DNA from: Proteobacteria bacterium UBA964 | GTDB taxonomy: Bacteria; Pseudomonadota; Gammaproteobacteria; Steroidobacterales; Steroidobacteraceae | DNA: 52,024 nucleotides | Direction: 5' to 3' | NCBI GenBank assembly: GCA_002292945.1 | Contig: DBCG01000061.1 | Coordinates: 1-52,024, forward strand | Shown: positions 1 through 8,123 of the stretch, piece after piece | How positions within the stretch are numbered: position 1 is the first letter of the stretch | Layout of the letters: each line of letters opens with the position of its first letter | Notes under the pieces: generated by a model | What the model was told of the DNA's origin: nothing | The model's database searches: none | What the model saw: only the letters and a program-made list of their open reading frames with translations | Position numbers and translations under genes: made by a program

Positions 1-1290
1 GGCGGGCGCCACCAGCGCCAACACCGAGTGCTCCGAGCCGGCCGCGACAGCCGCCATGATCGGCATGAAGGTCGCAGCCGTCGAGACATTGCTGTTGAGT
101 TCGGTCCAAACGATCAGCAACAACACCATCGCGACGATCAGCACCGGCAACGGCCAACCACCTAGTCCCGCGAGCAACACGCCCAGCGTTTGCGCCAGCG
201 TGCTCTGTTGGATGGCCGCGGCAAGCGCCAGTCCGCCACCGAACAGCAGCAGCACCGGCCACGGTAGAACGGCAAGATCCGACGGACGCAACAAAGCCTC
301 GCGTCCATTCCCGGATGGGATGAGGAAAAGGCTCAGCCCAGCGGCGACCGCGATGACCGTGTCATCGAGCCCGGCGAGCCCCGGGAGGGCGCTCAGCCAA
401 GGCCGCGTGACCCAAAGGAACGCCGCCGCGAGCGCTACCACCGCGACCCGCTTCTCTTGGATGCTGAGGCCCCCGAGCCCCGCGAACCCGGCGTGCACCG
501 CAGCGCGATCGATGGGGATACGGCGTGGATCGAACGGCAGCCCGACCCGCACCAGCAGGAACCACGCAGCAGGCAACAACAGCGCGACCGTCGGCAAGCC
601 GAATGCGAGCCAGTCCAAGAAGGTGATATCGACACCGAAATTGCGGGCCATGAAACCCTGCACGAGCGCATTGGTCGGCGTGCCGATCAAGGTCCCCATG
701 CCACCGATGGTCGCTCCGTAGGCGACCGCAAGCAGCAACGCGGCGGTGAAGTGCGCGAGATCCCGCCCCGCCGGTGCCGCGCCGATGGGCGCAGTCATCG
801 AGGCGATGGCGATCGCGACCGGCAGCATCATCAGGGCGCTCGATGTGTTCGACACCCACATGCTGATGAAACCGGTGGCGAGCATCATGCCGAGCACTAG
901 CCGCCTTGGATCGGTGCCGACCCTCAGCATGATCGCGAAAGCCATCCGACGATGCAGATGCCAGCGCTCCATCGCCAGCGCGACCAGGAAGCCACCGAGC
1001 AGCAGCAACACCGAGGGATTCGCGTATTCGGATAGCACCGTACGCGCATCCGGGACACCGATGAGCGGCACGATGACGATCGGCAGCAGTGCCGTGGCGG
1101 CCAACGGGATCGCTTCAAGCGCCCACCACAGGGCCATCCAACCGACGAGCCCGAGCACCTGCCAAGAGGTGCCCTCGAATCCGGATGGCGCGGGCAGTAA
1201 AAGCGTGGCGACGAAGAGGAGCGGACCGGGGAGCAGGCGCCACGGCGACAGTCGCGGCGTTATGGATGATTCCTCGCTCTGCGCGCTCAC
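1..1290 (-). CDS. DASS/SLC13-type (ArsB/NhaD superfamily) anion:cation symporter, C-terminus off-window
   Basis: Not in the ORF track because it runs off the window. My hand translation of the minus frame is open from GTG 1290 to position 1. It gives a polytopic membrane protein (..SPWRLLPGPLLFVATLLLPAP.., ..LLLLGGFLVALAMERWHLHRR.., ..PWPVLLLFGGGLALAAAIQQS..) typical of divalent-anion:Na+ symporters. The GTG overlaps the upstream stop as GTGA. Confidence 0.65.
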   Translation of the reverse strand, partial: MSAQSEESSITPRLSPWRLLPGPLLFVATLLLPAPSGFEGTSWQVLGLVGWMALWWALEAIPLAATALLPIVIVPLIGVPDARTVLSEYANPSVLLLLGGFLVALAMERWHLHRRMAFAIMLRVGTDPRRLVLGMMLATGFISMWVSNTSSALMMLPVAIAIASMTAPIGAAPAGRDLAHFTAALLLAVAYGATIGGMGTLIGTPTNALVQGFMARNFGVDITFLDWLAFGLPTVALLLPAAWFLLVRVGLPFDPRRIPIDRAAVHAGFAGLGGLSIQEKRVAVVALAAAFLWVTRPWLSALPGLAGLDDTVIAVAAGLSLFLIPSGNGREALLRPSDLAVLPWPVLLLFGGGLALAAAIQQSTLAQTLGVLLAGLGGWPLPVLIVAMVLLLIVWTELNSNVSTAATFMPIMAAVAAGSEHSVLALVAPA

Positions 1291-2306
1291 GGCCTCTGCG
1301 CCGGGACGCTCGCAGCGACTGCGGGCACCTCGGCCTCGGCAGCGCCTTCCGGCGCCAACTCGAGACCAACTAGCACCGGCATGCCTGTCGCTTCGCGCAA
1401 AGCACGCAGTGCCATCTCCCAGTCGATGATGACTTGCGCGTCACCGAGCAATTCATTCAGCCGCGACTCGAACACCTCGAGGTCGACACCGAGCACCTGC
1501 CCCTTTTCGTCGACCGGCGGATGGACTTCGAGCCACACTTCACCGCCGAAGCGGGAGATCTTCACCGGCTCATTGATGAGCGCCACACGGGTGCCGACCG
1601 GAGTGAGGTCGAACAACCGTTCGATATCCTCGGGGTACATGCGCAGACAGCCATGGGTGATGGCCATCCCGACCGCATCGGGGTTGTTGGTGCCGTGGAT
1701 GAGATAGGCGCCCCCAGGGATATCGAGACGCATCGATCGCGTACCGAGCGGATTGTCCGGACCGGCGGGGACGACCGAGGGCAACGGCGGATCGCCTCGC
1801 TTGATATGTTCTTTGCGCACGGACTCAGGCGGATACCACGGCGGATCTTTCTGCTTTCGCACCACTTTGGTGACGCCGAGCGGCGTGCTCCAATCCATCT
1901 TCCCGACACTCACCGGGAAGGTCAGCACGACGGGTGCCTTGCCCTTTTCGGGCTTGGGAAAATAGAAGAGCCTATGCTCGGGCAGATTGACCACGATTCC
2001 TTCGCGCACACCGGGTGGCAGCAAACGCTGACCCGGGATGAGGATCTCGGTGCCGGCGCCTGGCAGCCAAGGGTCGACGCCTTTATTGACGCGGAGCAAC
2101 TCCTCGTAGCCGAGGCTGTGCTGGCGTGCCAGTTGGATCAGCGTGTCCTCGTAACGGGTCTGGATGCGTTTGACCTCGCCGAACAAGCCACCGCCGTCAT
2201 CACGCAATGGATATTCGGCTGCATACGCCGACGGCGTTACGAGCCAAGACAGGCTCAGCACGACCAGAAGCATCGCTTGCCCGGCGGTCTGTTTGAAGCA
2301 GCCCAT
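1287..2306 (-). CDS. L,D-transpeptidase (YkuD domain) with N-terminal signal peptide and LysM-like segment
   Basis: 339 aa with an ATG start. Catalytic YkuD motif HGTNNPDAVGMAITHGCLRM. N-terminal hydrophobic signal ending SAYA. LysM-like stretch YEDTLIQLARQHSLGYEELLRVN. Confidence 0.85.
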   Translation of the reverse strand: MGCFKQTAGQAMLLVVLSLSWLVTPSAYAAEYPLRDDGGGLFGEVKRIQTRYEDTLIQLARQHSLGYEELLRVNKGVDPWLPGAGTEILIPGQRLLPPGVREGIVVNLPEHRLFYFPKPEKGKAPVVLTFPVSVGKMDWSTPLGVTKVVRKQKDPPWYPPESVRKEHIKRGDPPLPSVVPAGPDNPLGTRSMRLDIPGGAYLIHGTNNPDAVGMAITHGCLRMYPEDIERLFDLTPVGTRVALINEPVKISRFGGEVWLEVHPPVDEKGQVLGVDLEVFESRLNELLGDAQVIIDWEMALRALREATGMPVLVGLELAPEGAAEAEVPAVAASVPAQRP

Positions 2307-2347
2307 GACGGTATTGTAGCCAATCCGTGGGCGGCTTCGTCAGCCCG

Positions 2348-3187
2348 TCAATCGCAGAGCGCCTCCCGCACCGCGCGGACCTCCTCGGCCGATCGTAGGA
2401 ACACGATATCCCGCTCCCGACCCCGCATCCCGAGTCGCGCGGCCGCGGAAGAGGCCGTCAAACGCCGGGTCAGCTCCACGGGGGAATCCTTGAACGCATT
2501 GAATAATTGGCAGACGAAGAGCAGGTCCATCAGTGGCGACCCCTCAACGACACGCTGTTCGACCGTCTCGTGTTCGCAGACTGCACTTACGAACTCAGGG
2601 TCCAGACCCCAGCCCTGCAGCAGGCGACGCGCCGCCGGAACCCGCCACTCGTTCAACAGCATCTCGAGCCGCATCGGATCCTGTAACACCGCCGGCGTCG
2701 TGGCGGCTTTGGCCGTCACCCAGATGTGTCCCACGGTATGGAGCAAACCCGCCGTGTTCGCCCTCTCCCTCGGTACTCCGGTGAATTGGTTGGCCATCGC
2801 CCGCGCGATCGAAGCGAGCGCAACACTGCGTTGCCAAAGGGCGGTCAGCCTGCCATGTACGATCTGGTATCGGGGTGCCTCACGGACCTCTTGAAAGGCA
2901 TAAACGAGCGAGAGACGCCGAACGGTATCGAACCCGAGTCGTCGGACCGCTACCGCAAGATCGGAGGTGGCATCCGCGGTCGGGTTGTAATCGACCGAGT
3001 TGGCAATGCGCAGCAGCATCCCGGCGAGCGTCGGATCCGTCGACGCCAACCGCGCGACCTCGGGTCCCGTCGCCGACAGGTCGGCAAGGCGGCGGACGAT
3101 CCGCAAGGCGACTTCCGGCATGCCGGGGATGCTGAGCTCCTCGCGCAGGAACTCGGCCTTCAATCGTTGCTGGAAATCGCCCCCCAT
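2348..3187 (-). CDS. HDOD domain signalling protein
   Basis: Motifs LSIPGMPEVALRIVRRL...DPTLAGMLLRIANS...LGFDTV and a later HTVGH match the HDOD family. I prefer ATG 3187 (GGAG 7 nt upstream) over the track's GTG 3223. Confidence 0.75.
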   Translation of the reverse strand: MGGDFQQRLKAEFLREELSIPGMPEVALRIVRRLADLSATGPEVARLASTDPTLAGMLLRIANSVDYNPTADATSDLAVAVRRLGFDTVRRLSLVYAFQEVREAPRYQIVHGRLTALWQRSVALASIARAMANQFTGVPRERANTAGLLHTVGHIWVTAKAATTPAVLQDPMRLEMLLNEWRVPAARRLLQGWGLDPEFVSAVCEHETVEQRVVEGSPLMDLLFVCQLFNAFKDSPVELTRRLTASSAAARLGMRGRERDIVFLRSAEEVRAVREALCD

Positions 3188-3203
3188 GATGGTCTCCGAC
3201 GGT

Positions 3204-3617
3204 CTATGCGACGTCGCGTGCACGACTGCCGTGCAGGCGACGCAACAAAGAGGCTTCCTCTCTGCTCATGCCACAGGAAGCGGCGAGCTCTGCCTCCGTC
3301 GCCCCGGAGCTCGCCATCCGGATCGCCATCTCGAATCCTTGCGCCTGCGGACGCGGCGGTGGGGGGATGTAGCGAGGTTCAGCCACCTGCTTCTCCTCGA
3401 AGCTGCGCAGCAAGGTTCCAAGACGCCGTGCTTCAGCCTCGCTGGCGGAGACCTGGTACTTCTGACGTTGCAGCTCGGCGTCGAGACGGGCAAGTTCAGC
3501 GGCGGTACCGCGCCAGAAAACGGCCCAGGCCCCGATCCACAGGAAGGCGAGCAGGATGGCCGTGTGGATGGCCGCAAACGCATAAGTCTGCAAGTCGTCA
3601 GTCAACAAGGCAGCCAT
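3204..3617 (-). CDS. DUF2802-like small membrane/coiled-coil protein of flagellar clusters
   Basis: One N-terminal TM helix (AFAAIHTAILLAFLWIGAWAVFW), a coiled-coil segment and a C-terminal HTH-like tail (ELAASCGMSREEASLLRRL). It sits after the stator genes as in Pseudomonas/Vibrio-type clusters. ATG 3617 is preceded by AAGAGGTG; the track's start is GTG 3623. Confidence 0.55.
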   Translation of the reverse strand: MAALLTDDLQTYAFAAIHTAILLAFLWIGAWAVFWRGTAAELARLDAELQRQKYQVSASEAEARRLGTLLRSFEEKQVAEPRYIPPPPRPQAQGFEMAIRMASSGATEAELAASCGMSREEASLLRRLHGSRARDVA

Positions 3618-3706
3618 GTTCACCTCTTAAAAACCGATCGAAGATGTGGGTATCTGGACAGTCATGCGGCGTCAGAACTTCGGCGCAGCATGCTCGGCGA
3701 CTGAGA

Positions 3707-3722
3707 TGCAGATTCCGTGCCA
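3707..3722 (-). promoter_or_regulatory. sigma-54 (-24/-12) promoter upstream of the DUF2802 gene
   Basis: The minus strand reads TGGCAC-GGAAT-CTGCA against the consensus TGGCAC-N5-TTGCA, with correct GG-N10-GC spacing. It lies in the 108-nt gap between the motD stop (3732) and the DUF2802 start. Predicted TSS is near 3696. Confidence 0.6.
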
Positions 3723-3731
3723 AAAAAGATC

Positions 3732-4577
3732 TCACGGCAGCGCTGCCGGGCTGAGCGAGGGATCGCCCCGGTTGATGCCGTAGGGACCTTCAGCCACCTC
3801 ATCCTGCCCGAGGATCGCAAGCAACACCCTCCGATTGGCGCTACGTCCGGCCTCGGAGTCGTTCGGTTGCAGAGGACGATGTTCGCCGAAGCCGAGCACC
3901 GCGAATCGCGAGGGATCAAGTCCCTTCGCGACCAGCACCCTGACGACGGCACCGGCACGGGCCGCCGAGAGGTCCCAGTTGTCCCGATAGACACCGCCTT
4001 GGATCGGGACATCGTCCGTGTGGCCTTCGACCCTGATCGAATTTCCGAAACCGGTCAACGTTTCCGCGAGCTGGGACAGCACGCGCTCTGCGTCGGGGTT
4101 GAGGGTCGCCGAGCCGCTGGCGAACAGCACATCGTTTCGGATCTCAACCTCCACCCACATCGGGTGCTGCCTGATGGTCACTTGGTCGCTCATCACAAGC
4201 GGCGCCGTCGCTCGAGCGATACGCATCGCGATCCGTCCCGCGTTCAGCTCCTCGAGCGACGGACGGTCACGTGCGATCTTCGGGATTCGGATCGGCAGTC
4301 TGCCGCTGCCTCGCTCGAGCGTTCCGAGCGGGGGCGACCCAGTCACCGTGGAGCCCGGCAGAACGCCGGCATCCGCATCCGGACCCTCTCCGTTGAACGC
4401 CACCGACAGCGCATCAGCAAGCACACGATACTTTCCGGTGTTCAACGATGAGATGGCGTACATGACGACAAAGAATGCCAGGAGCAGCGTCATCAGATCG
4501 GCATAGGGGATCGCCCACGCCTCGTGGTTGAGCCGCTCCTCGGTCTGCCGCCGTCGTCGTCGAGGCCTGCGGATCAC
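3732..4577 (-). CDS. motD: flagellar stator protein MotB/MotD (OmpA-like peptidoglycan-binding C-terminus)
   Basis: N-terminus RRRRRQTEERLNHEAWAIPYADLMTLLLAFFVVMY is the MotB plug/TM signature. The OmpA-like C-terminus includes GHTD..., NWDLSAARA and NRRV. Confidence 0.85.
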   Translation of the reverse strand: MIRRPRRRRRQTEERLNHEAWAIPYADLMTLLLAFFVVMYAISSLNTGKYRVLADALSVAFNGEGPDADAGVLPGSTVTGSPPLGTLERGSGRLPIRIPKIARDRPSLEELNAGRIAMRIARATAPLVMSDQVTIRQHPMWVEVEIRNDVLFASGSATLNPDAERVLSQLAETLTGFGNSIRVEGHTDDVPIQGGVYRDNWDLSAARAGAVVRVLVAKGLDPSRFAVLGFGEHRPLQPNDSEAGRSANRRVLLAILGQDEVAEGPYGINRGDPSLSPAALP

Positions 4578-4587
4578 GCCACAGCGC

Positions 4588-5331
4588 TCATGTGGACAGA
4601 TAGCCCTTCAGCCGTGCCTCCAGCACCCGCGGGTTCTCGCCTTGGGCGACCGCTGCCAGGCCGTCGATGATCATGATGCGCCGTCGCGTCTCGAACTGGA
4701 TGAGCGACCGTAGTTTGCCCGCTGCCGGGAGGAACAACAGATTCGCGAATCCGATCCCGTAGACCGTAGCGGTGAACGCAGCCGCGATCCCCTGTCCAAG
4801 CAGTCGAGGATCCTCCAGGTTCTGCATCACGGTCATCAGACCGAGCACGGCACCGATGATCCCGAGAGTCGGCGCATAGACGCCCATCGACTCGAACACC
4901 CTAGCCGCCGCCATCTCGGCATCCTCTCGGGCGTCGAGCTCGATCTCCATGATCGAGCGCATTCGCTCAGGGTCGGTCCCATCGACCACCAACTGCAGCC
5001 CGCGGCGCATGAACGGATCCTCCAGTTGTTCGATCTCCGGCTCCAGACCCAGCAAGCCGTTGCGGCGAGTGGTGCGACTCAATCCGACGAGCCTCGCGAT
5101 GACGGATTCGTCGACGCTCGGCGGCGGATGAAGCATCCAAGAGGACATCGCGATGGCCCTACGCAGCGTCGACTCAGGCGTCTGCACGAGGACAGCTGCG
5201 AAGGTTCCGACCAGAACGATCAACAACGCCGCGATCGACAGCAACGCTGCGACCCCGGCGCCTTTCAGGATCGACCCGACGACCACCGCGACGACCGCAA
5301 GCAGCAGTCCCAGCAGCGTCAACCGATCCAT
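4588..5331 (-). CDS. motC: flagellar stator protein MotA/MotC (PomA family)
   Basis: Four-TM MotA/ExbB-type protein (..YAPTLGIIGAVLGLM.., ..TATVYGIGFANLLFLPAA..). ATG 5331 lies 1 nt after the fliA stop; the track's GTG 5343 would overlap fliA. Confidence 0.85.
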   Translation of the reverse strand: MDRLTLLGLLLAVVAVVVGSILKGAGVAALLSIAALLIVLVGTFAAVLVQTPESTLRRAIAMSSWMLHPPPSVDESVIARLVGLSRTTRRNGLLGLEPEIEQLEDPFMRRGLQLVVDGTDPERMRSIMEIELDAREDAEMAAARVFESMGVYAPTLGIIGAVLGLMTVMQNLEDPRLLGQGIAAAFTATVYGIGFANLLFLPAAGKLRSLIQFETRRRIMIIDGLAAVAQGENPRVLEARLKGYLST

Positions 5332-5332
5332 G

Positions 5333-6070
5333 TCAGGCCTCACGTGCTGCGGGCATCCGATCCCGCCAATCGGCGAGCCGCGCCTTCAAGCGGGCGACGG
5401 CCTGACCGTGAAGTTGCGAGACCCGGGATTCGGTCACGCCCATGACGCGACCGATCTCCTTGAGGTTCAACTCCTCTTGGTAATAGAGCGCCATGAGCAA
5501 CCGCTCCCGCTCCGGAAGCCCGGCGATCTCGCGGACGAGCGCCGCGCGGAACCCGAGATCGGCCACTTGTCTGAACGGATCGGGACCGTGGTCTGGGGCA
5601 TCGACGGTGTCCATCTCCTCCAAGCTCGCCAACTGACAGGCCACGGAGTCTTGGACGATGTGGTGATACTCATCCAGATGGATCCCGAGACGGGCAGCGA
5701 TGTCGCCCGGTCGGGCCTCACTGCCGGTCTGACGTTCGATCTCACGGATCGCCTGCGCCACCTCGCGCGAACGGCGATGCACCGAGCGGGGGGCCCAGTC
5801 GAGCTTTCGCAACGCGTCGATCATCGACCCGCGTATGCGGATCCCGGCGAACGTCTCGAAGGTGGCGCCCTTTCCGTCGGTAAAGTGTGCCGCGGCTTCG
5901 AGCAGACCGAGCATGCCCGCCTGGATCAGGTCATCGACCTCTACGGAGGCTGGCAGCCGCGCGCAGAGATGGTAGGCGATCCGTTTGACGAGTTCGGCAT
6001 GCCGTCGCACGAGCATGTCCGCCTCACGCGCTCGGTCGAAGCCCGCTGGCGTGATCACCGCGGCGTTCAA
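5333..6070 (-). CDS. fliA: RNA polymerase sigma-28 factor FliA
   Basis: Regions 2-4 of sigma-70-family group 3 are present: LVKRIAYHL, DDLIQAGMLGLLEAA, IRGSMIDALR and LNLKEIGRVMGVTESRVSQLH. The start is uncertain. TTG 6070 forms a TTGA overlap with the fleN stop, and GTG 6058 is also possible. The track's 6154 start overlaps fleN by 88 nt. Confidence 0.9.
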   Translation of the reverse strand: MNAAVITPAGFDRAREADMLVRRHAELVKRIAYHLCARLPASVEVDDLIQAGMLGLLEAAAHFTDGKGATFETFAGIRIRGSMIDALRKLDWAPRSVHRRSREVAQAIREIERQTGSEARPGDIAARLGIHLDEYHHIVQDSVACQLASLEEMDTVDAPDHGPDPFRQVADLGFRAALVREIAGLPERERLLMALYYQEELNLKEIGRVMGVTESRVSQLHGQAVARLKARLADWRDRMPAAREA

Positions 6071-6927
6071 CGCACCACCTGCAACCGTGGCGCAGGGCGC
6101 GAGACACGCTCGGAGAAGAATCCGATGTTTCCGCGTCCCTCTGGCGCCTCCCAAGACTTGATGTTCCCTGCGAGACGGCAGATCGCCTGCGCCGCATTGG
6201 AACTGGGGAACGCCTCGACCACCGGCCGCTGCTCACGGACGGCTCGCCGCAACAGATCATCAGCGGGGATGTCTGCCGAGTGCTCGAGGCTCACATCGAG
6301 AAAGCGGCTGGTCACACGCTGTAGCGCCGCGAACAACCGCATGCCGGCCGAAGGCCCTTGGGTCATGTTGGTGACTACGCGGAACCGTCGAAGGCCGTGA
6401 TTGCGGCTGAGAATCTTGATCACCGCATAGGCGTCGGTGACCGAGGCAGGATCCTCGCAGACCACCACCAATACATGTTGCGCTGCCTGGACCAGCTGCA
6501 GGACGCCGTTCGAGATGCCCGCGGCAGTGTCGACCATGAGCAGATCGAGGTCGGCGGTCAGATCGCTGAAAGCCCTGACCAATCCGAGGTGTCCAGTCTC
6601 ATCGAGGCCTGCAAGGGGAGTCATCCCGGATGCGCCCGCAACCATGGATAGACCTGGACGTACGGGTGTGAGCACCTCGTCGAGACTAAGGCGCCCGACC
6701 ACCATATCCGCCAGGGTGCGTCTCGGTGTGATGCCAAGAAGTACATCGGCGTTAGCGAGCCCCACATCCCCGTCCAGCAGAACCACGCGCCGACCGGCGG
6801 CGGCGCTTGCGATCGCGAGGTTGATGCTGAGCGTCGATTTGCCGACGCCGCCCTTCCCGCCGCTGACGGCGACGACCTGTACAGGATCCCGGCGCAGGAT
6901 CCGACCGGAGAGCTCAGGAGGCGACAT
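6067..6927 (-). CDS. fleN: MinD/ParA-type ATPase FleN/FlhG (flagellar number regulator)
   Basis: Deviant Walker A VVAVSGGKGGVGKST sits just after ATG 6927. The gene lies between flhF and fliA. The track's longer N-terminus (to 7020) is out-of-frame overlap with flhF. Confidence 0.9.
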   Translation of the reverse strand: MSPPELSGRILRRDPVQVVAVSGGKGGVGKSTLSINLAIASAAAGRRVVLLDGDVGLANADVLLGITPRRTLADMVVGRLSLDEVLTPVRPGLSMVAGASGMTPLAGLDETGHLGLVRAFSDLTADLDLLMVDTAAGISNGVLQLVQAAQHVLVVVCEDPASVTDAYAVIKILSRNHGLRRFRVVTNMTQGPSAGMRLFAALQRVTSRFLDVSLEHSADIPADDLLRRAVREQRPVVEAFPSSNAAQAICRLAGNIKSWEAPEGRGNIGFFSERVSRPAPRLQVVR

Positions 6928-8113
6928 GCAGACGACCCTCCAACCGGCTGACCAACAGATCCTCATCCGCAGCGTTCCCGTGACGTTCTTGCAGCGCGAC
7001 CGCCAAGGCGACCAACTCATCGGACCGCGCCGGGCGCAGGTCGTCGGGCAGCCTTGTTCCGTCGGTCACGTAGACGAGCGGCAGAGCGGCGGAGATCACC
7101 GCAGAGAGCAGGCCACCGAGACTTGCCGCCTCGTCGAGCCGGGTGGCGATACAGGCGGTCACACCCGATCGTGCATAGCGCGCCGCGATCTGGCGCGCCG
7201 CAGTGGCTTGTAAGGTCGCGGGCAGCACCGCAGCGATCGACCCGATGCTGCGCAGGGTGGCGAAGTTCCGCTCTTCGACGCTTGGGTCATCGCTCCGGGA
7301 CCCGGTCGCTCCGGTGTCCACCAAGACCAATCGCTGCTCGCCGAGCCTCGTCAGTAGCGCAGGAAGCGCCTCGATCTCTTCGACCTGATAGGTCGGGATA
7401 CCCAGCAGCCGCCCCAGGCGGGCCAACTGCTCGAACGCACCGAAGCGGGGATCGCCCGCACTCACCAATACTGCGCCGTTCGGACCATTCCGCAGCACCC
7501 AACGCGCTGCAATACCCGCCACAGCGCTGGACTTTCCGGACCCTGGACTGCCGACCAACGACAGCACTCCGCCTCTCGTCGTCCAACGGTCGTCGATCGT
7601 CAACAGTCGGCCGCTGAACGCGGTTAGAACCTGTTGCCGTGCTCGATCGAGCTCGTCGTCCGAAGTGACGCTTTCGAGCAGTGAAGCCCCAAGCTCGCGA
7701 TCAAGTCCGAGCGATGCGAACTCGCGCATCAGTGAAGCCTTCACGGGGGCTCGGCGCGTCAGGTCGTTCCACGCGAGTGCCGCCAACTGTGTCTCGAGCA
7801 GATGCCGCAAGGACTTCAACTCGCTGTCGATGGCAGCGCTGCCAGCGACAGCTGGCGGGATAATGGCCGGCGGCACAGCGACCGGTCGGCTGACCGAGCG
7901 AACCGGAATCGCGACCGTGTCCGCGCCTGCGGCGCGCGCGGCCTGCGTCAATATCTCGGCGTTCGCGACCGCCTCGGGGTCTGTGGCGACCGTCAACTCC
8001 ACGACGCCGGCGGTCCGGCGGGTCCAAAGGATCAAGGCGTCCGGGCCATGCTCTGACCGCACTTTCCGCAGTGCGGAACGCATGTCCGGCGCGGTGTATT
8101 TCTGCATTTTCAT
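6914..8113 (-). CDS. flhF: SRP-type GTPase FlhF (flagellar placement)
   Basis: N-terminus MKMQKYTAPDMRSALRKVRSEHGPDALIL is FlhF-typical. The P-loop is GSPGSGKSS. The gene lies downstream of flhA. The G3 and G4 motifs are atypical (see findings). Confidence 0.85.
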   Translation of the reverse strand: MKMQKYTAPDMRSALRKVRSEHGPDALILWTRRTAGVVELTVATDPEAVANAEILTQAARAAGADTVAIPVRSVSRPVAVPPAIIPPAVAGSAAIDSELKSLRHLLETQLAALAWNDLTRRAPVKASLMREFASLGLDRELGASLLESVTSDDELDRARQQVLTAFSGRLLTIDDRWTTRGGVLSLVGSPGSGKSSAVAGIAARWVLRNGPNGAVLVSAGDPRFGAFEQLARLGRLLGIPTYQVEEIEALPALLTRLGEQRLVLVDTGATGSRSDDPSVEERNFATLRSIGSIAAVLPATLQATAARQIAARYARSGVTACIATRLDEAASLGGLLSAVISAALPLVYVTDGTRLPDDLRPARSDELVALAVALQERHGNAADEDLLVSRLEGRLHVAS

Positions 8114-8123
8114 CGCGTTTTCC

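Noticed and set aside
1434-2894. 486-aa plus-strand ORF antisense to the L,D-transpeptidase and HDOD genes. The same class includes the long antisense ORFs at 5153-6400, 33983-35104, 36049-37356, 38284-39429, 43562-44677 and 48015-49130.
   Set aside because: All lie opposite ORFs with unmistakable conserved-family sequence. Their translations are Arg/Ala/Pro/Gly-rich and low in complexity, with no recognisable motifs. Long stop-free antisense frames are expected at this G+C content. No independent start or RBS evidence exists.
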